The notes: generated by a model from the sequence alone, not told the origin. DNA of 64,000 bases from an uncultured Acetobacteraceae bacterium (GCA_937873175.1 CALMVT010000347.1:2754-66753); one strand, 5' to 3'. Numbered from the stretch's first letter, positions 1 to 12,384 are shown. Program-made: numbers and translations.

Positions 1-635
1 GCAGCGAGATCGCGGCGCAATTGCTTGACCGCGTGGCGCAGCTTGAGGACGACGTGCGCCGCCTGCGCGGGCAACTCGACGAGCAGGCCAACGCGTCCCG
101 CCGGCAGATGGACGACCTGTCCAAGCAGGTAGCCGACCTGAATTTCCGACTGCAGAATTCGGGACTTTCCGGCGGCCCGGGTCCGCGGGCATCGAACCCG
201 GACGCCTTGGCGGCTCCGCCAGCAGGCGGGCCGGTGCCGTCCGGGCGGCGTCCGGCCGAGCTTGCTATGCAGGAAGGCAACGCCGCCCTGGCCCGGCGTG
301 ACTACGGCGTTGCCGAGGCGGCAGCGCGCGAGGTGCTGTCCGGCGGCAGGGGCGGGCCGCGCGCCGGGGACGCACAATTCCTGCTTGCGCAGGCACTGAT
401 GGGCAAGCGCGACTACCCCGGCGCTGCGGTGGCCTATGACGACGCCTACAACCGCTCGCGCACGGGGTCGCGGGCGCCGGACGCCCTTCTCGGCTTGGCG
501 AACGCCCTGGCCGCGCTGAACGACCGGGCCAATGCCTGCGCCGCGCTTGACAAGCTGCGAACCGAGTTCCCCGCGCCCCGCCCGAACGTGCGGGACGCCG
601 CCGCCGCGGCGCGTGGCCGTTCCGGTTGTTCTTGA
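1..635 (+). CDS. cpoB: Tol-Pal cell-division coordinator CpoB/YbgF, C-terminal part (5' end lies outside the window)
   Basis: The frame is open to the window edge. It has a coiled-coil (LEDDVRRLRGQLDEQ), a Pro/Gly linker and a TPR-like C-terminus (AQFLLAQALMGKRDYPGAAVAYDDAY). Its position upstream of tilS-ftsH fits the call. Confidence 0.8.
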   Translation, partial: SEIAAQLLDRVAQLEDDVRRLRGQLDEQANASRRQMDDLSKQVADLNFRLQNSGLSGGPGPRASNPDALAAPPAGGPVPSGRRPAELAMQEGNAALARRDYGVAEAAAREVLSGGRGGPRAGDAQFLLAQALMGKRDYPGAAVAYDDAYNRSRTGSRAPDALLGLANALAALNDRANACAALDKLRTEFPAPRPNVRDAAAAARGRSGCS

Positions 636-1855
636 GCCAGGCGCCGATCTCGCCGGATGAGTTCACGGCGATGATGGCCGCCGTCGGGCCGTTCGGCCGA
701 GAGCGGCGGGTTGCCGTGGCCGTGTCCGGCGGCGGCGACAGCATGGCCTTGGCGCTGCTGCTTGCCGGGTGGGGGAAGCCCACGGCGCTGATCGTCGATC
801 ACGGCCTGCGTCCCGAGTCGGGGGACGAGGCGGCCCTCACGGCGGCGCGGGTTGCCGACCTGGGAATACCCGCCCGCGTGCTGCCGCTTTCGGGGCTGGC
901 GCGCGGGCCTGCGCTGGCGGAGCGGGCGCGGACCGCGCGCTACGCCGCCCTGGCGGCGGCATGCCGGGACTCCGGGTTGGCCGACCTGCTGCTGGCGCAC
1001 CACGCGCAGGACCAGGCCGAAACCCTGCTGCTCCGCCAAGGCGCCGGCAGCGGGCCGGCTGGCCTGGCCGGCATGGCGTCAGTGGTGCACGGGGACGCGG
1101 TCCGGCTGCTGCGCCCCTTGCTGACGGTAATGCCGGCCCGGCTGCGCGCGAGCTTGCGCCGGGCCGGGGCAAGCTGGGTCGAGGACCCCACCAACACGGA
1201 CCCAGCAACGCCCCGCGCCAGGTTCCGCGCCGCGTTCGCCCGGGGGGATGCGGCCCCGGTGCTTGATCTTTGCCAAGCGGCGCGGCGGCACGGCGCGGCG
1301 CGGCGCGAGCAGGAGATCACGGTCGCGGACGAGTTGGCGCGGCAGGTCAGCTTCTTGCCCGGCGGCGTCGCCGCCATTGCCGGGCCGGCCATCAGCGCCG
1401 CGGCGCTGTCCGCCGTGATCTGGACCGTGTCGGGAGCACGCCATCCCCCGGGAACCGCCCCCGTGGCGCGCTTGGCCGGGCGGCTGCGCCCGGCCACCCT
1501 GCACGGCGCGGTGGTCCTGCCGACATCAGGCGGATGGCTGGTCGGGCGGGAAGCGGCGGCCCAGGCCGGCGCGGTCCCGGCGCGATCGGGCGCCGTGTGG
1601 GACAGCCGATTCCGGCTGCTCGCAGCACCGCCGCAGGATGGCACCTTGGGGCCGCTCGGCGATGACGCCGCCCGGCTGCGGCGGTGGTCCGGCCTGCCGG
1701 CGGCGCTTTTGCGGACGGCCCCGGCCATCCGATGCAGTTGCGGATTGTTCGCCGTGCCGAGTTTGGCCTATCCTGACCGGGACGCCTGCCGTGCCGTGCC
1801 GATCGCGTTCTGCCCGCCCCGCCCGGCCGCGCCCGCGCCTTTTGCACCGGGCTGA
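626..1855 (+). CDS. tilS: tRNA(Ile)-lysidine synthase
   Basis: PP-loop motif VAVAVSGGGDSMALALLL, and the conserved neighbourhood before ftsH. The TTG at 626 overlaps the cpoB stop; an ATG at 671 is an alternative start. Confidence 0.85.
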   Translation: MFLSQAPISPDEFTAMMAAVGPFGRERRVAVAVSGGGDSMALALLLAGWGKPTALIVDHGLRPESGDEAALTAARVADLGIPARVLPLSGLARGPALAERARTARYAALAAACRDSGLADLLLAHHAQDQAETLLLRQGAGSGPAGLAGMASVVHGDAVRLLRPLLTVMPARLRASLRRAGASWVEDPTNTDPATPRARFRAAFARGDAAPVLDLCQAARRHGAARREQEITVADELARQVSFLPGGVAAIAGPAISAAALSAVIWTVSGARHPPGTAPVARLAGRLRPATLHGAVVLPTSGGWLVGREAAAQAGAVPARSGAVWDSRFRLLAAPPQDGTLGPLGDDAARLRRWSGLPAALLRTAPAIRCSCGLFAVPSLAYPDRDACRAVPIAFCPPRPAAPAPFAPG

Positions 1856-1913
1856 TTGGGTGGGGATGTGCAGGCGGCACCGGCGCACTATGTTGAGGTT
1901 CTGTTAAGCGGCG

Positions 1914-1932
1914 CCGGCCCATGATGGGCCGG
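1914..1932 (+). terminator. GC-rich hairpin after tilS (CCGGCCC-atgat-GGGCCGG), no U-tract
   Basis: A 7-bp perfect stem with a 5-nt loop, read directly, lies in the 146-nt gap before ftsH. Terminator function is inferred. Confidence 0.3.
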
Positions 1933-2001
1933 GAACGAGGATACCGGGACCGCTCCGATTGCGCCCAGGCCCGGGTGAGATGACTGGATCGCCAGGATCA
2001 T

Positions 2002-3927
2002 ATGATGAGCAATTTCGGCCGCAATCTAGCGCTCTGGGTCATAATCGCCCTGCTGCTCGTGGTGCTGTTCAACCTGTTCCAGCCCGGAAGCACGCAACGC
2101 ACGGCGACCCAGGTTGCCTATTCCGACTTCATTGGCGACGTCAATGGGGGACGTGTCCGTGACGTACTGATCCAGGGCCGCACGGTTTCCGGCCAGTTGG
2201 CGGACGGGCGCACCTTCCAAACCTACACGCCGGAAGATCCGGCGCTGGTCAGCCGCCTGACCGAGAAGGGCGTGCGGGTGATCGCCAAGCCCGAGGAAAG
2301 CGACAACCCACTGCTACATTACTTGCTGAGCTGGTTCCCCATGCTGCTGCTGATCGGCGTGTGGGTGTTCTTCATGCGCCAGATGCAGTCGGGCGGCGGT
2401 CGGGCTATGGGCTTCGGCAAGTCCCGCGCCCGGCTGCTGACGGAGAAGCAGGGCCGCGTGACGTTTGACGATGTGGCCGGCATCGACGAGGCTAAGAGCG
2501 AGCTGCAGGAGATCGTCGAATTCCTGAAGGACCCGCAGAAGTTCCAACGCCTGGGCGGCAAGATCCCTAAGGGCGTGTTGCTGGTCGGCCCGCCGGGCAC
2601 CGGCAAGACGCTGCTGGCCCGCGCCATTGCCGGCGAGGCCAATGTGCCGTTCTTCACCATTTCGGGCTCCGACTTCGTTGAGATGTTTGTGGGCGTCGGC
2701 GCCAGCCGCGTGCGCGACATGTTCGAGCAGGGCAAGAAGAACGCGCCCTGCATCATCTTCATCGACGAGATCGACGCGGTTGGGCGGCATCGCGGCGCCG
2801 GCCTGGGCGGCGGCAACGACGAGCGTGAGCAGACGCTGAACCAGATGCTGGTGGAGATGGACGGGTTTGAAAGCAATGAGGGTGTCATCCTTATCGCCGC
2901 GACCAACCGTCCGGACGTGCTGGACCCGGCGCTGCTGCGTCCCGGCCGGTTCGACCGCCAGGTGGTGGTGCCGAACCCGGACGTGAACGGGCGCGAGAAG
3001 ATCCTCCGCGTGCACATGCGCAAGGTGCCGCTGGCCAGCGACGTGGACCCGAAGGTGATCGCCCGCGGCACGCCCGGCTTTTCCGGCGCGGACCTTGCCA
3101 ACCTGGTGAACGAGGCGGCGCTGCTCGCGGCCCGGCTCGGCAAGCGGGTGGTGGCGATGTCCGAGTTCGAGAACGCCAAAGACAAGGTCATGATGGGCGC
3201 GGAGCGGAAGTCGCTCGTCATGAGTGAGGACGAGAAGCGTATGACCGCTTACCACGAGGCCGGCCATGCCCTGTGCGCCATCAACGACCCGGAATGCGAT
3301 CCGGTGCACAAGGCTACCATCATCCCGCGCGGCCGGGCGCTGGGCCTAGTGATGAGTCTGCCGGAGGGCGACCGCCTGTCCGAAAGCAAGGCGCGGCTGC
3401 TGGCTCGCATGAAGATGGCGATGGGCGGACGCGTCGCGGAGGAACTGGTGTTCGGGCCGGACAAGGTGTCGAACGGCGCCGCTGGGGACATCAAGCAGGC
3501 GACCAACATCGCCCGCGTGATGGTCACGGAATGGGGCATGAGCGACAAGCTCGGCATGATTGCCTACGGCGACAACAGCCAGGAGGTGTTCCTGGGCCAC
3601 TCGGTCACGCAGAACAAAAACGTGTCCGAAGTCACCGCCCGGGAAATCGACGCAGAGATCAAGCAGATCATCGACAACGCTTATGGCGGCGCCAAGAGCC
3701 TGCTGACCGAGCGTCTGGAGGAGTTGCACCGTTTGGCGCGCGGCCTCCTGGAGTACGAGACACTGTCGGGCGAAGATATCCGCACCGTGCTGCGCGGCGA
3801 CCCCGTGATTCGCAAGGTGGTGGATGAGCCTGCTGCGGAAAGCCGGCGCGCATCGGTGCCCTCCGCCGGGCGTCCGGCGGCGCCACCGCCCACCGGCGGG
3901 CTTGGCCCGGCGCCGCAGCCAGGCTGA
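2002..3927 (+). CDS. ftsH: ATP-dependent zinc metalloprotease FtsH
   Basis: 641 aa with an N-terminal TM segment, Walker A GPPGTGKT, and the zinc site HEAGHAL. Confidence 0.97.
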   Translation: MMSNFGRNLALWVIIALLLVVLFNLFQPGSTQRTATQVAYSDFIGDVNGGRVRDVLIQGRTVSGQLADGRTFQTYTPEDPALVSRLTEKGVRVIAKPEESDNPLLHYLLSWFPMLLLIGVWVFFMRQMQSGGGRAMGFGKSRARLLTEKQGRVTFDDVAGIDEAKSELQEIVEFLKDPQKFQRLGGKIPKGVLLVGPPGTGKTLLARAIAGEANVPFFTISGSDFVEMFVGVGASRVRDMFEQGKKNAPCIIFIDEIDAVGRHRGAGLGGGNDEREQTLNQMLVEMDGFESNEGVILIAATNRPDVLDPALLRPGRFDRQVVVPNPDVNGREKILRVHMRKVPLASDVDPKVIARGTPGFSGADLANLVNEAALLAARLGKRVVAMSEFENAKDKVMMGAERKSLVMSEDEKRMTAYHEAGHALCAINDPECDPVHKATIIPRGRALGLVMSLPEGDRLSESKARLLARMKMAMGGRVAEELVFGPDKVSNGAAGDIKQATNIARVMVTEWGMSDKLGMIAYGDNSQEVFLGHSVTQNKNVSEVTAREIDAEIKQIIDNAYGGAKSLLTERLEELHRLARGLLEYETLSGEDIRTVLRGDPVIRKVVDEPAAESRRASVPSAGRPAAPPPTGGLGPAPQPG

Positions 3928-3942
3928 GCGGGCTTGATTGGA

Positions 3943-3970
3943 ACGGCCGGCATCACCCGATGCCGGCCGT
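3943..3970 (+). terminator. ftsH terminator hairpin (ACGGCCGGCATC-accc-GATGCCGGCCGT followed by TT)
   Basis: A perfect 12-bp stem with a 4-nt loop lies 16 nt after the ftsH stop. It covers the first ATG (3960) of the longest folP ORF, which argues for the 3984 start. Confidence 0.6.
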
Positions 3971-3983
3971 TTCCACGACCACC

Positions 3984-4835
3984 ATGTTGAAGTTCACGGC
4001 CACTACCCATGACGTTCCGGGCCGTGCGTGGGCCGGGCTGCCGCCGGGTCCGGTCGTCATGGGCATCCTCAACGTCACGCCGGACAGCTTCAGCGATGGC
4101 GGCGACGCCATGGACGCTGCCCGGGCCATCGAGGCCGGGCAGCGGATGATCGCGGAGGGCGCGGGCCTCCTTGACATCGGCGGCGAATCGACCCGGCCCG
4201 GCGCCGTGCCCGTTCCGCCCGAGGAGGAGCGGCGCCGCGTGCTGCCGGTGGTCGCGGCGCTTGCTGGCCGCGGCGTGGCGCTCTCGGTCGATACCCGGAA
4301 TGCCGGCACCATGGCGGCGGCGCTCGACGCCGGGGCGGCCATTGTCAATGACGTTACGGCCTTGACCCATGACCCGGCGGCGGCATCGCTCGTGGCCCGC
4401 CGCGGCTGCCCCGTGGTGCTGATGCACATGCGGGGCACGCCGGCCACGATGATGGCGCACGCGACCTATGCCGATGTAGCTGCCGAGGTGATGGCCGAAC
4501 TGAACGCCCGGATCGGCGCGGCGGAAACCGCAGGCGTTGTCCGTTCCAGCATCGCCATCGACCCCGGCATCGGCTTCGCCAAGACGGGCGAGCATAACAT
4601 TGTGCTATTGCAACGTCTGCCGATCTTGCTAGGGTTGGGGTGCCGGATCGTGGTCGGGGTGTCGCGCAAGCGTTTCATTGGCCAGTTGAGCGGCGCGGAG
4701 GACATGAAACAGCGCATGGCCGGTTCAATCGCTGCGGGCCTGTATGCCTTGTCACAGGGCGCAACCATCCTCCGGGTTCACGATGTCGCGGCAACGGTCC
4801 AGGCCGTTCGGACCTGGCAGGCGCTGGCCGGCTGA
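3984..4835 (+). CDS. folP: dihydropteroate synthase
   Basis: Motif MGILNVTPDSFSDGG and a pterin-binding domain. The start is set at ATG 3984 because ATG 3960 lies inside the ftsH terminator stem. Confidence 0.9.
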   Translation: MLKFTATTHDVPGRAWAGLPPGPVVMGILNVTPDSFSDGGDAMDAARAIEAGQRMIAEGAGLLDIGGESTRPGAVPVPPEEERRRVLPVVAALAGRGVALSVDTRNAGTMAAALDAGAAIVNDVTALTHDPAAASLVARRGCPVVLMHMRGTPATMMAHATYADVAAEVMAELNARIGAAETAGVVRSSIAIDPGIGFAKTGEHNIVLLQRLPILLGLGCRIVVGVSRKRFIGQLSGAEDMKQRMAGSIAAGLYALSQGATILRVHDVAATVQAVRTWQALAG

Positions 4836-4867
4836 CCTATTGACCCTCTTAAAACCTGGGGAACATC

Positions 4868-6229
4868 ATGACGACCAGCAGGCGCCTGTTCGGCACGGAC
4901 GGCATTCGCGGCAAGGCCAACGCGGATCCGATGACGGCGGAAACGGCGCTGCAGTTGGGTCAGGCAGCCGGGCTGATCTTTGTGCGCGGCAACCACCGGC
5001 ATCAGGTCGTGATCGGCAAGGACACCCGGCTGTCGGGCTACATGATCGAGCCGGCCTTGGTCGCGGGCTTCATCGGCGCGGGCATGGACGTGATCCTGGT
5101 CGGCCCGTTGCCGACGCCGGCCATCGCCATGCTGACCCGCAGCCTGCGCGCCGACCTCGGCGTGATGATCTCCGCGTCGCACAACCAGTTCGAGGACAAC
5201 GGCATCAAGCTGTTCGGCCCCGACGGGTTCAAGCTGTCGGATCAGACGGAGCTGGACATCGAGATGCTGATGGCGGCGGACCGCTCCGCGCAGCTTGCTG
5301 CCCCCTCCAAGCTCGGTCGCGCCGTCCGGCTGAACGATGCCGGCGGGCGCTACATCGAGGCTGCCAAGGGCACGTTCCCCCGCGGCGTCACGCTATCCGG
5401 GCTGAAGATCGTGGTGGATTGCGCGAACGGCGCCGCCTACAGCGTGGCGCCGACGGTGTTGTGGGAACTCGGCGCCACCATCATCCCGGTGGGGGTGGAG
5501 CCTGACGGGTTCAACATCAACAGCGGCTGCGGCTCTACCGTGCCGTCATTCCTGTGCTCCAAGGTGCTGGAGCATGGCGCCGACCTCGGACTGGCGCTCG
5601 ACGGGGACGCGGACCGGCTTCTGCTGTCCGACGAGCGCGGCAAGATCATCGACGGCGACCAGATCCTGGGCTTGATCGCGCAGTACTGGGGGCGGGCTGG
5701 GCGGCTAACCGGGGATGGCGTGGTCGCGACGGTGATGTCCAACCTGGGGCTGGAGCGCTTCCTGGCTTCGGAGGGCGTGCCGCTGCACCGCACCCAGGTC
5801 GGCGACCGCTACGTGGCGGAGCGCATGCGTGCCAGCGGCATCAACGTCGGCGGCGAGCAGTCCGGCCACATGATCCTGTCGGACTATGCGACCACGGGCG
5901 ACGGCCTCGTTGCGGCTCTGCAGGTGCTGGCCGTGCTGGTCCAGCAGGGCCGCCCGGCGAGCGAAGCGTGCAAGCTGTTCGACCCTCTGCCGCAGATGCT
6001 GCGCAACGTGCGCTTCACCGGGCGCTCGCCCTTGAAGGACCCTCATGTGATCGCGGCGGTTGCCGGTGCCGAGGCCGAGTTGGGCCAGACCGGCCGGCTG
6101 CTGCTGCGCTTGAGTGGCACCGAGCCGGTCCTGCGCGTCATGGCAGAGGGCGAGGACGAGGCGATGGTCAGCCGGATCGTTGCCCAGCTTTGCGACACCG
6201 TGCTCGCGGCGACCCACGAGGCCGCGTGA
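4868..6229 (+). CDS. glmM: phosphoglucosamine mutase
   Basis: 453 aa with FGTDGIRG and the active-site loop [14 protein letters not shown]. Confidence 0.96.
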   Translation: MTTSRRLFGTDGIRGKANADPMTAETALQLGQAAGLIFVRGNHRHQVVIGKDTRLSGYMIEPALVAGFIGAGMDVILVGPLPTPAIAMLTRSLRADLGVMISASHNQFEDNGIKLFGPDGFKLSDQTELDIEMLMAADRSAQLAAPSKLGRAVRLNDAGGRYIEAAKGTFPRGVTLSGLKIVVDCANGAAYSVAPTVLWELGATIIPVGVEPDGFNINSGCGSTVPSFLCSKVLEHGADLGLALDGDADRLLLSDERGKIIDGDQILGLIAQYWGRAGRLTGDGVVATVMSNLGLERFLASEGVPLHRTQVGDRYVAERMRASGINVGGEQSGHMILSDYATTGDGLVAALQVLAVLVQQGRPASEACKLFDPLPQMLRNVRFTGRSPLKDPHVIAAVAGAEAELGQTGRLLLRLSGTEPVLRVMAEGEDEAMVSRIVAQLCDTVLAATHEAA

Positions 6230-7062
6230 CCGGCGTGCCCCGCGGCCGAGTCCTGGTCATCGCGGGGTCGGACTCCGGCGGCGGCGCGGGGATCCAGGCG
6301 GACATCAAGGCGGTCATGGCCCTGGGCGGCTACGCCGCGACCGCGATCACGGCGCTGACGGCGCAGAACACCGTGGGCGTGCACGGCGTGCTGCCTGTGC
6401 CTCCCCATTTCGTCCGCCAGCAGATCAACGCCGTGCTGGACGACATCGGCGCCGATGCGGTGAAAACCGGGATGCTGGGCAGCGCGGAGGTCGTGCAGGC
6501 GGTGGCGGCGGCGCTGCGTCGGCGTGGCAGCCCCATCCCCCTGGTGGTGGACCCGGTGATGGTCGCCAAAGGCGGGGCGCGGCTCCTCGATGACCCGGCC
6601 GTTGCCGCCCTGCGCTGCGACCTGCTGCCGCTCGCGGCCCTGCTGACGCCCAACGTGCCGGAGGCGGAGGCGTTGACCGGCCTCACCATCGCCGACCACG
6701 CCGCCGCCCGACGGGCGGCGCAGGCGTTGCTGGACCTGGGCGCCGCGGCGGTGCTGCTGAAGGGTGGGCACCTGGACGGAGCGGTGGTGCAGGACATCCT
6801 GGCGACCTCCGCCGGGCTTGAGGTGATCGAAAGTCCGCGCGTGGACACGCGCCACACCCACGGCACCGGCTGCACGCTGGCCAGCGCGGTCGCCGCCGGG
6901 TTGGCGCAAGGCATGACGCTCTCAGACGCGGTGCGGCGCGGGGCCGCTTATGTCCATGCGGCGATCCTGGCGGCACCTGGCTTCGGTGCCGGGCACGGGC
7001 CGCTTGGGCATGGCGTGACGGTTGAGCCCGCCCGGCTTGCCTCGGTGCCCGCCCGCGGTTAA
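6226..7062 (+). CDS. thiD: hydroxymethylpyrimidine/phosphomethylpyrimidine kinase
   Basis: [21 protein letters not shown] and [11 protein letters not shown] motifs. The GTG at 6226 overlaps the glmM stop (GTGA). The upstream part of ORF 5554-7062 is out of frame within glmM. Confidence 0.9.
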   Translation: MTGVPRGRVLVIAGSDSGGGAGIQADIKAVMALGGYAATAITALTAQNTVGVHGVLPVPPHFVRQQINAVLDDIGADAVKTGMLGSAEVVQAVAAALRRRGSPIPLVVDPVMVAKGGARLLDDPAVAALRCDLLPLAALLTPNVPEAEALTGLTIADHAAARRAAQALLDLGAAAVLLKGGHLDGAVVQDILATSAGLEVIESPRVDTRHTHGTGCTLASAVAAGLAQGMTLSDAVRRGAAYVHAAILAAPGFGAGHGPLGHGVTVEPARLASVPARG

Positions 7063-7122
7063 GTCTCCCGGCGGGCCACGTCCCCCCACCGGGACGCTTC
7101 TCTTCTGAAAGGGAGAGCGAAC

Positions 7123-8304
7123 ATGACGCTCGCACTCGATGCCGCGCCGGTCGCGGCCAAGCCGGCTTTGCGCCCGGCCAACTCCGATTTCTCATCCGGT
7201 CCCTGCGCCAAGCGCCCCGGCTGGAGCCTGGAAGCACTATCCGGCGCGCTGCTGGGCCGCAGCCACCGCGCGGCCGGACCGAAAGCGCGGTTGGCGGAGG
7301 TGATCGACCGCTCCCGCGCCGTGCTGGGTTTGCCGCAAGACTGGGTGCTCGGCATCGTGCCCGGCTCCGACACGGGCGCGGTCGAGATGGCGATGTGGTC
7401 CCTGCTCGGCGCCCGCGGCGTGGACATCCTGGCGTTCGAGAGCTTTTCCGAGGCTTGGGCCACCGATGTCGTGAAGCAACTCAAGCTGTCTGACGCCCGG
7501 GTGCTGACGGCGCCTTATGGCGATTTGCCGGATCTCGCCCAGGTCGATCCCGCCCGCGACCTCGTGCTGGCCTGGAACGGCACGACCTCCGGCGTGCGGC
7601 TGCCCCATGCCGATTGGATTGCGCGGGATCGCCAAGGGTTGGTGATCTGCGACGCCACCTCGGCTGCTTTCGCCATGGCGCTGCCGTATGAGAAGCTCGA
7701 TGTCGTCACCTGGTCCTGGCAGAAGGTGCTGGGCGGGGAAGCCGCGCACGGCATGCTGGCCCTGTCCCCGCGCGCTGTTGCCCGGCTGGAAAGCTACAAG
7801 CCGGCTTGGCCGCTGCCCAAAGTGTTCCGCCTCACCAGCGGCGGCAAGCTCAGCGCCGGCATTTTCCGGGGCGAGACGATCAACACGCCCAGCATGTTGT
7901 GCGTCGAGGACGCGCTCGACGGCCTGCGCTGGGCCGAGGGGGTCGGCGGCCTGCCGGCGCTGATCGCGCGCAGCGAGGCGAACCTTTCCGCCGTCGCTGC
8001 CTGGGTGGAGCGCACCCCCTGGGTCGATTTCCTCGCGGCCGACCCGGCGACCCGATCCTGCACCTCCATCTGCCTCCGCATCGCCGCGCCCTGGTTTGCC
8101 GCGCTCTCGCCCGACGAGCAGGCGAAGGCGGCCAAGCGCATCGCCTCCTTGCTGGACAAGGAGGGCGTCGCCTTCGACCTCGCATCGTATCGCGACGCGC
8201 CGCCGGGCTTGCGGATTTGGGGCGGCGCTACCGTGGAAACCGGGGATATTGAGGCGCTGCTGCCCTGGCTCGATTGGGCCTATGCCCAGGTGTGCCCGGC
8301 ATGA
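7123..8304 (+). CDS. serC: phosphoserine aminotransferase (long alphaproteobacterial type)
   Basis: 393 aa class-V aminotransferase-like protein, translationally coupled to serA by an ATGA overlap at 8301-8304. Confidence 0.85.
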   Translation: MTLALDAAPVAAKPALRPANSDFSSGPCAKRPGWSLEALSGALLGRSHRAAGPKARLAEVIDRSRAVLGLPQDWVLGIVPGSDTGAVEMAMWSLLGARGVDILAFESFSEAWATDVVKQLKLSDARVLTAPYGDLPDLAQVDPARDLVLAWNGTTSGVRLPHADWIARDRQGLVICDATSAAFAMALPYEKLDVVTWSWQKVLGGEAAHGMLALSPRAVARLESYKPAWPLPKVFRLTSGGKLSAGIFRGETINTPSMLCVEDALDGLRWAEGVGGLPALIARSEANLSAVAAWVERTPWVDFLAADPATRSCTSICLRIAAPWFAALSPDEQAKAAKRIASLLDKEGVAFDLASYRDAPPGLRIWGGATVETGDIEALLPWLDWAYAQVCPA

Positions 8305-9890
8305 CCGCCAGCGTCCTGATCAGCGACAAGCTTTCGCCCGCGGCGGTCGAAATCTTCCGGGCGCGCGGCCTGTCCGTCGATCTGCAGCCCGGCCTCGCGC
8401 CCGCGGAATTGCGCGCGGTCATCGGCGAGTATGACGGCCTCGCCATCCGCTCCGCCACCAAGGTGACGCGCGAACTGCTGGACGCGGCGCCCCGGCTGCG
8501 CATCGTCGGCCGGGCCGGCATCGGGGTGGACAACGTGGACGTAAAGGCCGCGACTGCCCGCGGCGTCGTGGTGATGAACACGCCGAACGGCAACGCAATC
8601 ACCACGGCCGAGCACGCCATCGCCATGATGTTCGCCCTCGCCCGGCAAATTCCGGAAGCGACGGCCAGCACCCGGGCGGGCAAGTGGGAGAAGAATCGCT
8701 TCCTAGGCGTGGAGCTGACGGCCAAGACGCTGGGCCTGATCGGCTGCGGCAACATCGGCTCCATCGTGGCGGAGCGGGCGGTGGGCCTTCGCATGCGGGT
8801 GATTGCCTACGACCCGTTCCTCACGGAGAAGCGGGCGCTCGACCTCGGTGTGGAGAAGGTGGAGCTGTCGGAACTGCTGGCCCGGGCCGACGTGATCACC
8901 CTGCACACGCCGCTCACCGACGCGACGCGCAATATCCTGTCGCGCGACGCCATTGCCGCCTGCAAGCGGGGCGTGCGGATCGTGAACTGTGCCCGCGGCG
9001 GCCTGCTGGACGAGGCGGCCTTGGCCGAGGCGCTCCAATCGGGACAGGTAGCCGGCGCGGCGCTGGATGTGTTCGAGACGGAGCCTGCGACCAGCAGCCC
9101 GCTGTTCGCCCTGGACAACGTGGTGTGCACGCCGCATCTGGGCGCCGCGACTTCGGAAGCCCAAGAGAACGTCGCGTTGCAGGTTGCCGAGCAGATGAGC
9201 GATTTCCTGCTGACCGGCGCCGTGTCGAACGCGATCAACATGGCCTCCGTTTCGGCGGAGGAAGCGCCGCGGCTCCGGCCTTATATCGAGCTGTGCCGTC
9301 TGCTGGGCCTGTTCGCCGGGCAGATGACCCAGGCGGGAGAGGGCGTGCTGCGCAGCGTGTCGGTCGAGTATGAGGGCTTGGCCGCGCCGCTGAACCACCG
9401 CCCGATGACGGCGGCCTTGCTGTCGGGGCTGCTGACGCCGTTGATGGCCGGGGTGAACATGGTGAACGCCCCGGTGATCGCCCGGGAGCGCGGGCTGGAC
9501 GTGGCGGAAACCGTGCATGACCGGCCGAGCGAGTATCAGACGCTTGTGCGCGTGACCGTCACGACCGACCGGCAAACCCGTTCCGTCGCCGGCACGCTGT
9601 TCGCCGGCGCCCGCCCGCGGCTAGTGGAGATCAAGGGCATCAAGGTGGAGGCCGACTTCGGCCGGTCCATGCTTTACATCACCAACCAGGACCGCCCCGG
9701 CTTCATCGGGCGGTTCGGCGCGACCCTCGCGGATGCCGGCATCAACATCGCGACGTTCCATCTCGGGCGCGCCGAGACCGGGGGCGACGCGATCTGCCTG
9801 GTCAGCGTGGACCAGCCGATCCCGGATGCCGTCCTGGCGGCGGTGCGCGCCCTGCCTTTGGTCATGCAGGCGACGCAGCTGGAATTCTAG
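8301..9890 (+). CDS. serA: D-3-phosphoglycerate dehydrogenase with C-terminal ACT domain
   Basis: NAD-binding motif [10 protein letters not shown], a 2-hydroxyacid dehydrogenase core, and a long C-terminal ASB/ACT region. Confidence 0.95.
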   Translation: MTASVLISDKLSPAAVEIFRARGLSVDLQPGLAPAELRAVIGEYDGLAIRSATKVTRELLDAAPRLRIVGRAGIGVDNVDVKAATARGVVVMNTPNGNAITTAEHAIAMMFALARQIPEATASTRAGKWEKNRFLGVELTAKTLGLIGCGNIGSIVAERAVGLRMRVIAYDPFLTEKRALDLGVEKVELSELLARADVITLHTPLTDATRNILSRDAIAACKRGVRIVNCARGGLLDEAALAEALQSGQVAGAALDVFETEPATSSPLFALDNVVCTPHLGAATSEAQENVALQVAEQMSDFLLTGAVSNAINMASVSAEEAPRLRPYIELCRLLGLFAGQMTQAGEGVLRSVSVEYEGLAAPLNHRPMTAALLSGLLTPLMAGVNMVNAPVIARERGLDVAETVHDRPSEYQTLVRVTVTTDRQTRSVAGTLFAGARPRLVEIKGIKVEADFGRSMLYITNQDRPGFIGRFGATLADAGINIATFHLGRAETGGDAICLVSVDQPIPDAVLAAVRALPLVMQATQLEF

Positions 9891-9907
9891 GCTAGAACCG
9901 CCTGCCC

Positions 9908-11062
9908 ATGACCGAGGACATGCCCCCCAACCCGGCCCTGCTGCCTTCCGGCCTGCGCGACCTGCTGCCGCCGGAAGCGGAGGTCGAGGCCGCGACGGTG
10001 TCCGCGCTGATGGACACCTTTTCCGCCCACGGTTACCAGCGCGTGAAGCCGCCATTGATCGAGTTTGAGGACGGGCTGCTGGAAGGATCGGGCGCCGCGG
10101 TGACGGACCAGATCTTCCGCGTCATGGACCCGGACACCCATCGCATGATGGGGGTGCGCGCTGACATGACGCCGCAAGTCGCCCGCATCGCCGCCACCCG
10201 GCTGGCCGGCCATCCGCGCCCGCTGCGCTTGTCCTACGCCGGGCAATGCCTGCGGGTGCGCGGCAGCCAGATCGCGCCGGACCGGCAGGTGGCGCAGGCC
10301 GGGATCGAGCTGCTCGGTGTGGACAGCGCGGTGGCCGATGCGGAGATCGTGCTGGTGGGCGCAGAGGCGTTGGCCGGGGTCGGCATGGGCCGGGTCAGCT
10401 TCGACCTGACGTTGCCACAGTTGGCGCCGACCTTGCTGGACGAGGCGGGAATCGCCGGCGCGGGTCGCTTGGCGCTGACGCGCGCGCTGGACCGCAAGGA
10501 CGCCGCCGCCGTCGCGGAGCATGGCGGCGCACTCGCCCAGTTGCTGACCGACCTGCTGCTGGTCGCAGGTCCCGTTGCGCCTGCCTTGGAAATGCTGGAA
10601 GCGGCCCAGCTCCCGCCCTTGGCCGCGGCGCTGTGCGCCCGGATGCGCCAGACCGTGCAGGCCATCCTGCATCAAGCGCCCGATACCCGCCTGACGCTCG
10701 ATCCCATCGAGTTCCGCGGCTTCCGCTACCATACTGGCGTCTGCGTCACCGTGTTCGCGCCGGGCCGGCATGAGGAGTTGGGCCGCGGCGGCCGCTACGT
10801 ATCCGGGGACGGTGAGCCGGCGGCCGGCCTCACGCTTTACCCCGACGCGATGCTGCGCGCCTTGCCACCCCGGGCCGTTCGGCGGCGGGCATACCTGCCT
10901 TGGAACACGCCGCGCGGCCAGGGCGCGGCGCTGCGCGAAAGCGGCTTTGCCACGCTTCCTGCCTTATCGGACGGGCCTGACCCGGCCGAGGAGGCGCGGC
11001 GCCTCGGCTGCACCCACATCCTGCGGGACGGTGTGGCCGTTCCGCTGACCACGGAGAGCTGA
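9908..11062 (+). CDS. hisZ: ATP phosphoribosyltransferase regulatory subunit (HisRS-like)
   Basis: Class II aaRS-like core without an anticodon domain (LPSGLRDLLPPEAE...GYQRVKPPLIEFED). Confidence 0.85.
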   Translation: MTEDMPPNPALLPSGLRDLLPPEAEVEAATVSALMDTFSAHGYQRVKPPLIEFEDGLLEGSGAAVTDQIFRVMDPDTHRMMGVRADMTPQVARIAATRLAGHPRPLRLSYAGQCLRVRGSQIAPDRQVAQAGIELLGVDSAVADAEIVLVGAEALAGVGMGRVSFDLTLPQLAPTLLDEAGIAGAGRLALTRALDRKDAAAVAEHGGALAQLLTDLLLVAGPVAPALEMLEAAQLPPLAAALCARMRQTVQAILHQAPDTRLTLDPIEFRGFRYHTGVCVTVFAPGRHEELGRGGRYVSGDGEPAAGLTLYPDAMLRALPPRAVRRRAYLPWNTPRGQGAALRESGFATLPALSDGPDPAEEARRLGCTHILRDGVAVPLTTES

Positions 11063-12352
11063 ATGCCCAACGTTGCCGTGATTGGCGCCCAATGGGGCGA
11101 CGAAGGGAAAGGCAAGGTTGTGGACTGGCTCGCCAGCCGCGCCGACGTGGTGGTGCGGTTCCAGGGTGGGCACAACGCCGGGCACACGCTGGTGGTCGGC
11201 AACCAGACCTACAAGTTGTCCCTGCTGCCCAGCGGGCTGGTGCGCGGCAAACTCGGGGTAATCGGCAACGGCGTCGTGATCGACCCCGTGGCGTTGCTGG
11301 CTGAAATGGACCGGGTGCGTGCCCAGGGCTTGGACGTGACGCCGGACAACCTGCGCATCGCCGAGAACGCCATCCTGATCCTGCCGGTGCACGGCGCCCT
11401 AGACCGCGCCCGCGAGGCTGCCCGCGGCGACCGCAAAATCGGCACCACCGGCCGCGGCATCGGCCCGGCCTACGAGGACAAGGTCGCGCGCCGCGCCATC
11501 CGCGTTTGCGACCTCGCCGAGCCTGATGTGCTGTCCGACAAGCTCGATGAGTTGCTGCTGCACCATAACACGTTGCTGACCGGTCTGGGCGCGCAGCCGG
11601 CGCAGAAGCAGGAACTGCTGGACCTGCTACTCGGCCTCGCGCCACGCCTCCTGCCGCATGTCGAGGCCGTATGGGAACGCTTGGATGAGGCGCGTCGCGC
11701 AGGGCGCCGCATCCTATTCGAGGGCGCGCAGGCCGTGATGCTGGACGTGGACCACGGGACTTACCCGTTCGTGACCAGCAGCAACACGATTGCCGCGACC
11801 GCGGCGGCCGGGTCCGGGATCGGCCCGGCGGTGATCGGCTTCGTGCTGGGCATTGCCAAGGCCTACTCGACGCGCGTGGGCGCCGGGCCGTTCCCGACGG
11901 AGCTGCACGACGAAACCGGGCGCCAGCTCGGCACCCGGGGGCACGAGTTCGGCACGGTGACGGGCCGCCCGCGCCGTTGCGGGTGGTTCGACGCGGCGCT
12001 GGTCCGGCAGGCCGTCAAGGTCGGCGGCATCCAAGGCTTGGCGCTGACCAAACTCGACGTGCTGGACGGCATGGCGGAGCTGAAGATCGGCGTCGGCTAC
12101 GAGATCAACGGAAAGCGGCTGAACCACCTTCCGGCCGGTCAGGCGGCCCAAGCCGCTGCCAAGCCGATCTACGAGACGATTGAAGGGTGGGCCGGATCGA
12201 CCCGTGGCGCACGGTCCTGGGCGGCGCTGCCCGCCCAGGCGATCAAATACGTACGCCGAGTTGAGGAACTGGTGGAAACGCCGGTCACGCTGTTATCCAC
12301 CAGCCCAGAACGGGACGACACCATCCTGATGCGCGACCCGTTCGAAAGCTAG
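11063..12352 (+). CDS. purA: adenylosuccinate synthase
   Basis: N-terminus [16 protein letters not shown] and motif [14 protein letters not shown]. Confidence 0.97.
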   Translation: MPNVAVIGAQWGDEGKGKVVDWLASRADVVVRFQGGHNAGHTLVVGNQTYKLSLLPSGLVRGKLGVIGNGVVIDPVALLAEMDRVRAQGLDVTPDNLRIAENAILILPVHGALDRAREAARGDRKIGTTGRGIGPAYEDKVARRAIRVCDLAEPDVLSDKLDELLLHHNTLLTGLGAQPAQKQELLDLLLGLAPRLLPHVEAVWERLDEARRAGRRILFEGAQAVMLDVDHGTYPFVTSSNTIAATAAAGSGIGPAVIGFVLGIAKAYSTRVGAGPFPTELHDETGRQLGTRGHEFGTVTGRPRRCGWFDAALVRQAVKVGGIQGLALTKLDVLDGMAELKIGVGYEINGKRLNHLPAGQAAQAAAKPIYETIEGWAGSTRGARSWAALPAQAIKYVRRVEELVETPVTLLSTSPERDDTILMRDPFES

Positions 12353-12354
12353 GA

Positions 12355-12377
12355 CGCCCCGCAGGCCGTACGGGGCG
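12355..12377. terminator. hairpin between convergent purA and rpoH (CGCCCCG-9 nt-CGGGGCG)
   Basis: A 7-bp GC stem sits in the 32-nt gap between the two stop codons. Bidirectional terminator function is inferred. Confidence 0.5.
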
Positions 12378-12384
12378 CAGTCGC

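Noticed and set aside
5554-6225. A long 5' extension of the thiD ORF (502-aa version).
   Set aside because: The extension is out of frame inside glmM and has junk-like composition. ThiD homology begins at GTG 6226, which overlaps the glmM stop.
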